Below the pieces are notes generated by a model. It was not told the DNA's origin. It ran no database searches and saw only the letters and a program-made list of their open reading frames with translations. The position numbers and the translations under genes are program-made. Shown piece after piece: positions 39,827 through 50,819 of a stretch of DNA of 64,000 nt (within the stretch, counting starts at the first letter, position 1; the number at the start of each line of letters is the position of its first letter). The stretch is from Podarcis vaucheri (lineage: Eukaryota): assembly GCA_965113315.1 (NCBI GenBank), contig OZ220371.1; one strand, given 5' to 3'.

Positions 39827-42035
39827 CTTTTAAGTAGGCACAGTTAGGCTTGTGCTGCTTATTTTTCAATTTCAGTATGAGATGTTTGTTCAGGAACAGT
39901 TTTGAAATAAATGGTCTGATTAGTTTCTGAACAGAAATCTCATGCTGGAATTGAGCAAACATATATGTGACCTTTGCTCAAATTCCCTGAAAAACAGATG
40001 GGTGCTAAGTTTATAAAGTATGAGGACTGCAGGCGACCAGATAGAAAGACCTGATTTCCATGCCATCTGGTTTGATTACAAGAGTGGGTGGTGTGCAATT
40101 GCATGAGGCTTATTTTTAGTGTTTGTGTTTATGCAAGTTCATGGCAATGTTGAGCTGTTGCTGTTCTAAAGCTACCCAAATGGTGGCCCTAATCATTATG
40201 AAACAAGCACCACAGTAACATTTTTATTTATACATTTCTGCTAAGCAAGATAATTTGGAAAAGCAGGGAGACATACTAAATAATTAGGAGAAAAAATAGA
40301 TATGTATCTTCAAGGACAGATCCACATACAGGACATTGCAGTACTCCAGACGGGAGGGGTGTCAACAGAGCATGGGCAACAAAGGCAAGGCTATTCCGGC
40401 CAGGAATACCTGTAGCTGACAAATCAGTCTAAGCTGGGTAGAAGCATGCTTAGCCACAAAAGCTATTTGAGACTCTAGTGACAAGTTGGAATCCAGTAGT
40501 ACTCCCAGACCGTTCCTTCAGTGTATATTGCCATCCCAGAACAGGCAGTACATATGGCACTTCATGCGTTGTCTTATCAGTTCCATGCTACCACAACAGT
40601 AGCCTTCTGAGAGAATTAATTGTGGATTATTTTGTCTAGGCATATCTTTTAAACTCATGAATTTTAAAAGTTTATTCTATTAAAGCAAGATTCTTTTTAA
40701 AAATGCAGAACTTAATATCAATTATTAGACTTTGGATTAACACCTTGACTCCTCTTTAAATGAAACTCCCCCAAAATATTAAAATTTGTCAGTCATGCAG
40801 CTGTGATTAGAGTTAAGTGGGTGATCTTTTAACTGTGCTTTTTTCCTCCACCAGAGGATTCTAGCTGCTTTAAATGACATTCTTACAAAATAAGAGTGCT
40901 CTATAATGCTTGGAAATCTTGAACACTGGCAGGTTAAAGAGAAAGTAAATGAGTTATAATCTAGTTTTAAAGTCCCTGCAATGGATGAGTTCAAAGGAAT
41001 GAACATAGTTGTGGATATATAATTCAGAAATACTACAGAGAATAATATCTTTGCAAGACATTAAAAGCAAGCTTTGGTCCTAGTGATGCAAGTTTATAAA
41101 TTCCTGTATTTTAAGAAGGTTTAAAACATTTAAGCCCTACTTATGCATAGCAACAAAACTGTCTGTTAAGGAAAAATGAGTTTCATTGCATGTGAATGAA
41201 TCACACAACCACTTTATGGGAAAAGTGATATGGCCAGCCAGTTTGGTTAGGAATCATATATTCTAAACTTAATAAAACTTAGGACAGGAGGTGTGAAGCC
41301 TTCACTAACTGAAACCTGAAGAGAAATCTACAGAATATCTAGTAATCAGTGTGAAATGATGCGGAACATCCAGTACTCAGTATGAAACTATACATTATAC
41401 ACCTGTGACTACCACTGAAATACAGTACACTTGTGTTGCATTGCCTCATTCTTCCTTCATAATGTGTGGAGAAAAATACCCATATGCTATGTTGCAACAT
41501 TTCCATGATCTCATTCCATGTCATTGTTTACAGCTCATGAAAAAGCATGTGGCATCTTGAGGTCAGGACATAGTAAATTGAAGAGAAAATGTCAACTTGC
41601 TGGGGGTGTGGGAGAGAACTCTTCCTGAGTGGGTGTGGGACTGTGGGGAATCCAGTTGCAGACAGAGGTGGGTCTGGGGCATGGCTTGGCTTGACTTTAC
41701 AGTCAAGGAGTGGACCAGTCAAGGAGGGAAGCAGTTTTCCCTCCAGTCCACTCCAAATCAGATTCCCTGGCCTGCGATTGGCAAGAACTGCAGGCAGGCC
41801 CCATTAGCCTGCACGGCCATTGGAGAAGAAAATGTCGTACCTCCTGCTGGTTGTGTGGGAGGCAGGAGACAACCCCTGGCACTGCCATGGCCTATGCTAG
41901 GCCACAACTTCTGCTTCCCATTCAAAAGGTACATGGACATGGAATTTTGCAGTGGTTTTCATGATTACACCACTTCCACTCACATGTCAAAATTTTGGGT
42001 GGTATGCAGTTCTTTCCTGCTATTCAAAATTTAAC

Positions 42036-42622
42036 CATAGCTGTCAACTTACAGATTTGAAAATAAGGGACCAGCAGCCAAAATAAGGTACCTGCAGCCT
42101 CACCTGTTCCAGGCACTCCAGTCTTCTTGTCCTCCTGCAGTCTGGTCAAACTCATGCTGGTAGCTTCGAGAACACTGTCCAACCAACTTTATAACTAGAG
42201 GTTCAACTGAATAGAATCTGAATCACATGCACCACAAGGCCTATGCCGCCTCAACTTAAGATGGCTCCCCAGCCTGGCTTTGCACTGCAAAGTTTGCAGC
42301 AGCACGTGCAACAAAATGGCGTCCAGCATTCAAAAAACCCCTCAGCTTGCATTAACTAGCCACACACAAGGCATGCAAGCTCCACCCCCCTAGTCATTCT
42401 TAGACTTCTTATTGGGTGAGCAACATAGCCGAGCAACACAGTTGGAGCCTCCCTCCTCCCTGGCCGGCAGGGAGGGAGGGAGAGGAGCTGCTTCCTTTGA
42501 AATTTAAGGGACATCATTTCACGGACATCATTTAAGGGACATCTATCAATAAGGGACAGCAGCGGGACATGGCGCTGGAATAAGGGACTGTCCCTTCAAA
42601 TAAGGGACACTTGACAGCTATG
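42036..42622. mobile_element. Non-autonomous hAT transposon, 587 bp
   Basis: Perfect 12-bp TIR CATAGCTGTCAA / TTGACAGCTATG, perfect 8-bp TSD AATTTAAC (42028-42035, 42623-42630), multiple subterminal TAAGGGAC motifs. Confidence 0.93.
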
Positions 42623-44407
42623 AATTTAACATGGCATGGTAGTATAGTGATCAAAACCCCCCAGTCTCACAACCCAATAGGTACTGAAGTATAAAAGGAA
42701 AAGTAAGAAACTGGGACAAAATCACCAGCATTATAACCAGTAAAATTAATGCAATAAACCTCATGTCTGAATGCAGTCAATGTTCTCAGTGTAAATGCAT
42801 TAAATTAACATATTCCTTCATTTCCTGGAGGTAAAATGTATTAAAATGGCTGCATTTCAATGTCTTTTATAGAGGGGTTATCTCCAAAAGTAAAATCAGA
42901 TTTTTAATCATAATGCAGCTCTGTATTTCTGCAGGAGTATTTATTAGTTCAATCTTCACCAGTATTATTCTCTGCTAGTACTTTGAGCAAGGAAAGTGGG
43001 ATACAACACCAAATTCTAGAGTGATTGCGGCAATCTTCTTATCTCATCAAGACTTGGTAGCAAGTACTATGCTCTACATTGTACTGTTTCTAATAATATG
43101 ATGTTGCTGAGGAAGAGAAGGACCTTTCAGGAGTTTGATCCTACGCTTGCTGATTGCTCAGTTAAGACAAGTTATCATAGAATTTAACAGGACTTCAATA
43201 AGAAGTCAGCAACAATAACTGATTAACATTGCTGGAGAGGTAGTTGTGCTCTTCACATTCCTAATATATTTATTTTCATTAAAAGTCAGACTTTTAATAT
43301 TACCCATCCCTTCCAGTTCTCTTCTCAAAACTTTTGGGAAGCATTTTCTGTTTCATCTAAAGAAAACGGCGACATAGTTACATTTATTACAGCATTTGCA
43401 TGCATACCCATGAGCAAAAATATAGTGTGTTTGTTATTAGTGGGTTGCTGTAGACTTCCAACTACATAAAACTTGTCACTAATGCATGGTAGTTTTGTTT
43501 CCATATTATAATTTGTTTCTACAAAGTCATGCAGAATTTCTAATGTCTATAATTATCTAGCAGGGTAGCTCTTCTTATTTAAGACAGTGGTTCTAAAACT
43601 GTCTCTCCCTTACTGGGCTTGAGATGCAATTCCAGGGAAGATAGCATCCTAAGGTAGATCCTTACTGACACCCCAGGCAAGATTTGGGTGGGGTTAATGC
43701 TCCTGGCACAGGACACTCACTGAGCCACACTGAGTTTTTAAGCAGGTATGTAAGAAGGCGTTATTTTCTGTACTTGTTACATGCAGAACTCTTTCCCTTT
43801 CACTGCAGTTTGTCTTCCACTAAAAACTGCATTCTTTGTCTCATTGTCTACTGTTGCAAAATTATGTAACTTAATGTAATGGATGTAATTACCGTATTTT
43901 TTGCACCATAACACTCACTTTGGTAATTGCATACTTTGCATTGTCATGACATTGTATTGAAATGGATGAGGTTGAACAAAGGCAACACAATGGTGGGTGG
44001 GTGTTTATGTGTAATCCATCAGGTGTCATTTATGAATTGAAAGCTACAGTTACAGTGAATACTGATCATGTTCACTGGGTTGATTTCTGTTCCAGACATG
44101 GGACAAATAAGCAAACATCAGCAATTCCTACTCCTGTTTCTGTTTTTGTCAGAATACTCCAACGTCTCTATTTGCAAGAGTGATACATCTGAATGATCCA
44201 CCCCAGCCTGTTTTGAAAGAAATGGTCCTAGGAGATAAGTCTTGCTTTTCATTTGAACAAACAGGGAGTTCTCCCTAGACACCATTCTTCTCAAATATGG
44301 CTTCCCTGCACATGGCTTTAGGAGTAAGTCAGGATTCACCTGCTCCATTCCTCTACAAATACTAGGGATGTATGAGAAATCTGTTCTTCCCTCCTGTCTC
44401 CCTTTCA

Positions 44408-44545
44408 TCTTCACAACAACCCTGTGAAGCAGAATAGACTGAGATAAAGTGATTGGCTCAAGGTTACTTAGGAAGGTTCATGACTTAGTGGGGTTTTGAG
44501 CCCTGGTCTCCCAGATCCTGGCCACAATAGCTACACTACATTGGC
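44408..44545 (-). mobile_element. Old MIR/Ther1/Squam3-like SINE
   Basis: ATCTTCACAACAACCCTGTGA, TGGCTCAAGGTTAC and CTACACTACATTGGC match the reverse-complement CORE-SINE layout. Confidence 0.65.
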
Positions 44546-45411
44546 CCTCTGTTGTTTCTTCAAGTTTGCCATTGTTGAGAGCAGAGTTAGATTGTCAATG
44601 TGCATGCCTGCAGATGGGAATTCTTATTCTGTTTTTCTTTGGGGAAAGGTTGGTGTGTGCACGGTAAGCTTTCTGATACACGGTGGATATCTTGAATAAA
44701 AGTGGGCATCAGAAACTAACTTGACAGAATGTGTATCTAATCTCTCCTTTTATTTTTAATTCTGCCCTTTGCTATTATTGCCACCCCTCTTCCTGATTTA
44801 TTTTGATGTTTCCTTTACTGAGTTTAGTGACCTGACATTTTAAATTCCCCAGTTGTTTCACAGTTCAGTTGCTTGTCTATTATTTCAAAAACTCTGTACG
44901 GTTATACTTTTAAAAGGTTAATTTAATGCAGTAAGTTTATTGTGCATTATCTTTGAGAGATTTTTTTTCCTTCACCTTTTGTCCCTACTTTTGTTCACTT
45001 TGCCACAGTGTAAAACAATGAAAACAGAATGCTGGATCAAAAGGAGACTGGAACCTTCTTCAGGGGCCTCTTCCCTTACATATGGCTCCACCCCTTACAT
45101 CACCATTGCCACTGCTGCAGCTCTCCATGTGGCTGGGGCTGAAACTCTGGCAGGGAGCCTTTCCATTTCCTACTTGTCTAGGCTCACCATGTGACATGGA
45201 ACTCTCATCTCTCAGGATTCTAAATTTCACGGGGGCCACATGCACAGAAAAAACTCTTAGATACAGAACATTGGCTTCAATTATATGGAGGGTTGTGGGA
45301 ATAGTAACTATTGTGCAATGGAGGAGGAGAGGGGGCCAGGGAGGGAACCTCCATGCCTTGCTTTTACACAATGGTAAATTTAATATATTCATTAAAAAAT
45401 ATATTTATATA

Positions 45412-45654
45412 CAGTGGTACCTCAGTTTAAGAACAGCCCTGTTTAAGAACTATTTGGGTTACGAACTCTGCAAAAACCAGAAGTTGTGTCCCGGGTTTGT
45501 GAACTTTACCTTGGTCTAACAACAGAATCCGAATGGTGGAAGGGCACTGGCGGTGGGAGGCCTCATTAGGGAAAGCGTGCCTCGTTTTAATAACAGTTTT
45601 GGTTTAAGAACGGACTTCCAGAACAGATTAAGTCCATAAACTGAGGTACCACTG
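45412..45654. mobile_element. Tigger-like MITE (variant subfamily)
   Basis: CAGTGGTACCTCAG...CTGAGGTACCACTG with TA on both sides. Confidence 0.9.
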
Positions 45655-45700
45655 TACTGCATTTTTTTTAAAAAAAAGAGTTTACAAAATCATCTCTATA

Positions 45701-46709
45701 CAGTGGTGCCTCGCAAGACGAAATTAATTCGTTCCGCAAGTTTTTTCTTCTTGCGAGTTTTTCGTCTTGCGAAGCATGGTTTCCCATAGGAATGCATTGA
45801 AAATCAATCAATGCGTTCCTATGGAAACCGCCTTCAGACCAGGTCTGGGGACAGTCTGTCCCCCGACCTCTTCTGAAGGCTGGGGGGGGGGGACAAGGGC
45901 TTTTCTTCCCACTGCCAGCCTTCAGAAGGCTGTTCTGAAGGCTGGCGGTGGGAAGAAAAGCCCTTCTCCCCACCTCCCGCCCCGCAAGCTCCGGGGACAG
46001 GAGCGCTTTGCTGCCGACCGCCAGCATTTTAAAAGCCTCCGCTGTCCTGGGGCGATTTTAAAATGCTGGTGGGCGGCAGCGAAGCCTCCGCTGTCCCGGG
46101 GCGATTTTAAAATGCTGGTGGGCGGCAGTGAAGCCTCCGCTGTCCCGGGGCGATTTTAAAATGCTGGCGGGCGGCAGCGAAGCCTCCGCTGTCCCGGGGC
46201 GATTTTAAAATGCTGGCGGGCGGCAGCGAAGCCTCCGCTGTCCTGGGGCGATTTTAAAATGCTGGCGGGCGGCAGCGAAGCCTCCGCTGTCCCGGGGCGA
46301 TTTTAAAATGCTGGCGGGTGGCAGCGAAGCCTCCACTGTCCCGGGGGCTTTTAAAATGCTGGGGGTCAGCAGCGAAGGTTTCGCTGCCGCCCACCAGCAT
46401 TTTAAGATCGCCCGGGACAGCGGAGAAGTCTCCGCTGTCCCGGGAAGACAGGCGGGGGGTGAGCAAAGACTTTTGCCCCCCGCCGGCCTTCAGAAGAGGT
46501 CCAGGACCTCTTCTGAAGGCCGGCGGTGGGCAAAAGTCTTTGCTCCCGCCCGCCAGCATTTTAAAAGAGGTCCTCGGAGATTTCCCTATGGCCTTCCTTC
46601 AAAGCAAGCCCATATGGAAATTCGTCTTGCGGAACGACTCAAAAACGGAAAACTCTTTCGTCTTGCGAGTTTTTCGTTTTGCGAGGCGTTCGTCTTCGAG
46701 GCACCACTG
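45701..46709. mobile_element. 1.0-kb Tigger-like non-autonomous element with an internal 49-bp minisatellite
   Basis: TIR CAGTGGTGCCTCG / CGAGGCACCACTG, TA TSD, subterminal CGTCTTGCG repeats, CpG-rich. Confidence 0.92.
46033..46375. repeat. 49-bp minisatellite, 7 units
   Basis: AAGCCTCCGCTGTCCCGGGGCGATTTTAAAATGCTGGCGGGCGGCAGCG starts at 46033, 46082, 46131, 46180, 46229, 46278 and 46327. An inverted unit follows at about 46380-46425. Confidence 0.95.
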
Positions 46710-46829
46710 TATAATAAAAAAATGTACAAATTGAAAAATAAAACACTACCAACTATTATGCATGTAGGTAGCTTCACAACACATCATACCAAGCCTTTAT
46801 AGCTCCAGTAGATGAGGTACAATACAGGA

Positions 46830-47545
46830 AGAGGGATAATAAATGCTTTTGCTACATTCTTAGAGGCCAAGTACATTCTCACCTACAGAAGCAGCTGCAA
46901 TGTTATTACATAGCTCTTCATCCATTACTGGCAGGTAGTACTCTATTATAAACCCAAGTATGTCTATCATTTTATCACTAGGAATCACCTGCCTTATACT
47001 GAACTCCATTACAGTGTTCATGCCAATCATCCCTACAGATATGACTATCTTCATGCTTTCCTAGGCAGCCTTTGGGGCCATACCTACCAGTCTTGACACT
47101 GCCTCCTTTGCTGTTGACACTGCTGCAAACAGGTTCCTTGGCAGCTATGGCAAGTCCTTTGGCATCTGAGACTAACTTTTCAACAGTCTGCTGCCCAACA
47201 GGTGGGGTCTCTTGTAGCTTGTCAAGGCTCTGGCTAGCACAGATGTTTGCTGAAATGATCTGCGATTCAAACTTATGCAGAAGAGGCTGTGCAACACTCA
47301 TTGTTGAGGAGGCAATTGCCTTCACTCCAACTTCTGCCATACCACGGACTGCTTGAATAGCTGAATGGAAACCCTTTGCAGAGTTATAAATAGCAGAAAC
47401 GTATAACTTTGCAGAGTTATAAATAGCAGAGTTATAAATAGCAGAAATGTACAGCTGACCAAGGGCAGATCAGCTACCCCTTGTATTGCTTCTTTTCTGT
47501 GGGTTCAGGACTTGCAGCCCTTGTGCCCTCTTTGTTAGTAGACAT
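46830..47545 (-). pseudogene. Processed (intronless) perilipin-family pseudogene, PLIN2/3/5-like N-terminal half
   Basis: From ATG at 47545, with frameshifts: MSTNKEG...; IQGVADLPLVSCTF; VSAIYNSAKGFHSAIQAVRGMAEVGVKAIASSTMSVAQPLLHKFESQIISANICASQSLDKLQE..QQTVEKLVSDAKG; GMNTVM...IEYYLPVMDEEL. These match the PAT-domain motifs RVAxLPLVS, CxxAExGV, AQPxLxKLEPQI, GLDKLEE and YLPLTxEEL. Confidence 0.85.
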
Positions 47546-47817
47546 GAGGAAACCCCAACATCCAGGGCCACTTACAGTAATTGCATAGAGGGTGAAGGAA
47601 TGACTGGATAGGGCTGAGTCTCACACTGGACTGATTTATGAAAATCATTTATGAAAGTGGATCTGCAAAGCTTTATGTCACTTCCAGACACATTTGGTTA
47701 GTATGTATTTCCACATATTTTGTGCATTTGCAAAATCCGTCAGGTATTGTTAGGACTACTGGCTGGTTACGTAAGCCCAAGAATATGACTGTCTAGGCAG
47801 CTCAATGATATATCTGC

Positions 47818-48463
47818 ATAAGAACAGTCTGCTAGATCAGGCCAACTGATGCTTGTGGGAAACAAGGGAGTAGATGAGCACAAGAGCACACTCCCCTCCC
47901 ATGGCTTCCAGCAACTGGAATTTATCAGCATTAATGCCTCCAACTGTGGAAGTAGAGCTGAACTAATGGCTAATAGCCATTGATAGTCCTTTCTTCCATG
48001 AATTTGTCTAACCCTCTCTTAAAGCCATGCAAGTTGGTGGCTATCACTGCCTGCTGGGGAGTGAGTTCCAGTTTGGATTTGATATCCCGCTTTATCACTA
48101 CCCGAAGGAGTCTCAAAGCAGCTAACATTCTCCTTTCCCTTCCTCCCCCACAACAAACACTCTGTGAGGTGAGTGGGGCTGAGAGACTTCAGAGAAGTGT
48201 GACCAGCCCAAGGTCACCCAGCAGCTGCATGTGGAGGAGCGGGGAAGCGAACCTGGTTCACCAGATTGCGAGTCCACTGCTCTTAACCACCACACCACAC
48301 TGGCTCTTGTGTGAAGAAGTATTTTCTTTTTATCTGTCTTAAATCTTTCAGTGTTCAGTTTCCTTGAGTATTCCTGAGTTCTAGTGTTATATGAGAGAGA
48401 GAAAGAAACTTTTATGTATCCACTTTCTCCATTCCATACACAATTTTATAAACTTCTATCATG
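47818..48463 (-). mobile_element. Old CR1 3' fragment interrupted by a Squam3 SINE
   Basis: ATAAGAA...GATCAGGCC 3'-end pattern, CCATGAATTTGTCTAA, TGTGTGAAGAAGTA and CACTTTCTCC...ATTTTATAAACTTCTATCATGT, typical of the antisense CR1 ORF2 end. Confidence 0.65.
48070..48306 (-). mobile_element. Squam3-type SINE
   Basis: Near-identical reverse complement of 18078-18315. Confidence 0.9.
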
Positions 48464-48707
48464 TTCACAGCTCAGCTTTTCCTAGTCTTCCAGTGAGGTA
48501 CTAGTCTTTTGTACCCAAAATGGCCTTTAAACCTACAGAGCTCGTATAGAGTTGGTTTGGACCAGCGCCTTTGGTGCCTTTGCCAGGTTTGAATGCTAAC
48601 AGATGCAGCAGAATGTAAGGAGTCATAAATAACAAACAGATAGTTTATTTCTGACTTACATGGTCAGAAATAACGAATAGTGTGATTCTAACCATCTGAC
48701 TTATATA

Positions 48708-50819
48708 CAGTGGTACCCCGCAAGACGAATGCCTCGCAAGACGGAAAACCCGCTAGACGAAAGGGTTTTCCGTTTTGGAGGCGCTTCGCAAAACGAATTT
48801 CCCTATGGGCTTGCTTCGCAAGACGACAGCCCATAGGGAAATCTCCGGGACAGCGGGGAAGCGCAGCGCGTCTTCCCCACTGTCCTCGGACCTCCTCCCG
48901 CCGCCGGGCATCGGAACGAAGCTCCAATGCCCGGCGGAGGGGGGGAAACTTCTCCTCCCGCCGCCGGACATCGGAACGAAGCTCCGATGCCCGGCGGAGG
49001 GGGGGAAACTTCTCCTCCCTCCGCGTGGCATCGGAGGGAAGCTCCGATGCCCGGCGGGGGGGGGGAACTTCTCCTTCCTCCGCGTGGCATCGGAGGGAAG
49101 CTCCGATGCCCGGCGGGGGGGGGGGGAACTTCTCCTCCCTCCGCGTGGCATCGGAGGGAAGCTCCGATGCCCGGCGGGGGGGGGGAAACTTCTCCTCCCG
49201 CCGCCGGACATCGGAACGAAGCTCCGATGCCCGGCGGAGGGGGGGAAACTTCTCCTCCCTCCGCGTGGCATCGGAGGGAAGCTCCGATGCCCGGCGGAGG
49301 GGGGGAAACTTCTCCTCCCTCCGCGTGGCATCGGAGGGAAGCTCCGATGCCCGGCGGAGGGGGGGAAACTTCTCCTCCCTCCGCGTGGCATCGGAGGGAA
49401 GCTCCGATGCCCGGCGGGGGGGGGGGAACTTCTCCTCCCTCCGCGTGGCATCGGAGGGAAGCTCCGATGCCCGGCGGGGGGGGGGAAACTTCTCCTCCCG
49501 CCGCCGGACATCGGAACGAAGCTCCGATGCCCGGCGGAGGGGGGGAAACTTCTCCTCCCTCCGCGTGGCATCGGAGGGAAGCTCCGATGCCCGGCGGAGG
49601 GGGGGAAACTTCTCCTCCCTCCGCGTGGCATCGGAGGGAAGCTCCGATGCCCGGCGGGGGGGGGGGAACTTCTCCTCCCTCCGCGTGGCATCGGAGGGAA
49701 GCTCCGATGCCCGGCGGAGGGGGGGAAACTTCTCCTCCCTCCGCGTGGCATCGGAGGGAAGCTCCGATGCCCGGCGGAGGGGGGGAAACTTCTCCTCCCG
49801 CCGCCGGACATCGGAACGAAGCTCCGATGCCCGGCGGAGGGGGGGAAACTTCTCCTCCCTCCGCGTGGCATCGGAGGGAAGCTCCGATGCCCGGCGGAGG
49901 GGGGGAAACTTCTCCTCCCTCCGCGTGGCATCGGAGGGAAGCTCCGATGCCCGGCGGGGGGGGGGGAACTTCTCCTCCCTCCGCGTGGCATCGGAGGGAA
50001 GCTCCGATGCCCGGCGGGGGGGGGGGAAACTTCTCCTCCCGCCGCCGGACATCGGAACGAAGCTCCGATGCCCGGCGGGGGGGGGACTTCTCCTCCCTCC
50101 GCGTGGCATCGGAGGGAAGCTCCGATGCCCGGCGGGGGGGGGGAAACTTCTCCTCCCGCCGCCGGACATCGGAACGAAGCTCCGATGCCCGGCGGGGGGG
50201 GGGGAAACTTCTCCTCCAGCCGCCGGACATCGGAACGAAGCTCCGATGCCCGACGGGGGGGGAAACTTCTCCTCCAGCCGCCGGACATCGGAACGAAGCT
50301 CCGATGCCCGGCGGGGGGGGGGAACCTCCTCCAGCCGCCGGACATCGGAACGAAGCTCCGATGCCCGGCGGGGGGGGGGAAACTTCTCCTCCAGCCGCCG
50401 GACATCGGAACGAAGCTCCGATGCCCGGCGGGGGGGGGAACGCCTCCTCCCGCCGCCGGGCATCGGATGGCTTTCCTGAAGACTTGCGGTGGGAGGAGGG
50501 TTTTCCTTCCCACCGCCAACATTCAGAATGCTGTTCTGAATGTTGGCGGTGGGGAGGAAAAGCCCTCCTCCCACGCAAGCCCCGGGAACAGAGGGAAAGC
50601 GCTGCCGCGCCTTCCCCTCTGTTCCCTTACCTGTCCTGAAGGCTTGCGGTGCGGAGAAAAGCCCTTCTCCGCATCGCCAGCCTGCCAAGCGGTTTCCCTA
50701 GGAACGCATTAATTGATTTTTAATGCATTCCTATGGGAAACCGTGCTTCGCAAGACGAAAAACTCGCAAGAAGAAAGAACTTGCGGAACGAATTAATTTC
50801 GTCTTGCGAGGCACCACTG
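48708..50819. mobile_element. 2.1-kb Tigger-like non-autonomous element with an internal 60-bp minisatellite; same family as 45701-46709, opposite orientation
   Basis: TIR CAGTGGTACCCCGCAAGACGAA / TTCGTCTTGCGAGGCACCACTG, TA TSD. The last ~130 bp is the reverse complement of 45701-45831 with about 5 mismatches. Confidence 0.93.
48891..50468. repeat. GC-rich ~60-bp hairpin minisatellite, ~26 units
   Basis: Unit TCTCCTCCCTCCGCGTGGCATCGGAGGGAAGCTCCGATGCCCGGCGGAGGGGGGGAAACT and variants, in register with the 60-nt lines. Confidence 0.97.

Noticed and set aside
41597-42034. GC-richer block with overlapping 60-145 aa ORFs
   Set aside because: There is no recognisable motif. It is more likely a decayed repeat.
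44960-45200. Strong polypyrimidine tract plus CAG acceptor at about 45008 as a possible exon
   Set aside because: There is no good donor nearby and the open frame has no recognisable protein character.
45668-46802. ORFs of 100-164 aa in the 1-kb element as a possible transposase
   Set aside because: They derive from the 49-bp repeat and palindromes, with no HTH or DDE motifs.
48891-50468. CRISPR-like array of palindromic repeats
   Set aside because: There are no unique spacers (units are tandem near-copies), no cas genes, and the context is vertebrate.
48688-50712. Six overlapping ORFs of 570-666 aa on both strands
   Set aside because: They are translations of a GC-rich 60-bp repeat with no stop codon in any frame, inside a MITE. 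There is no domain signature.
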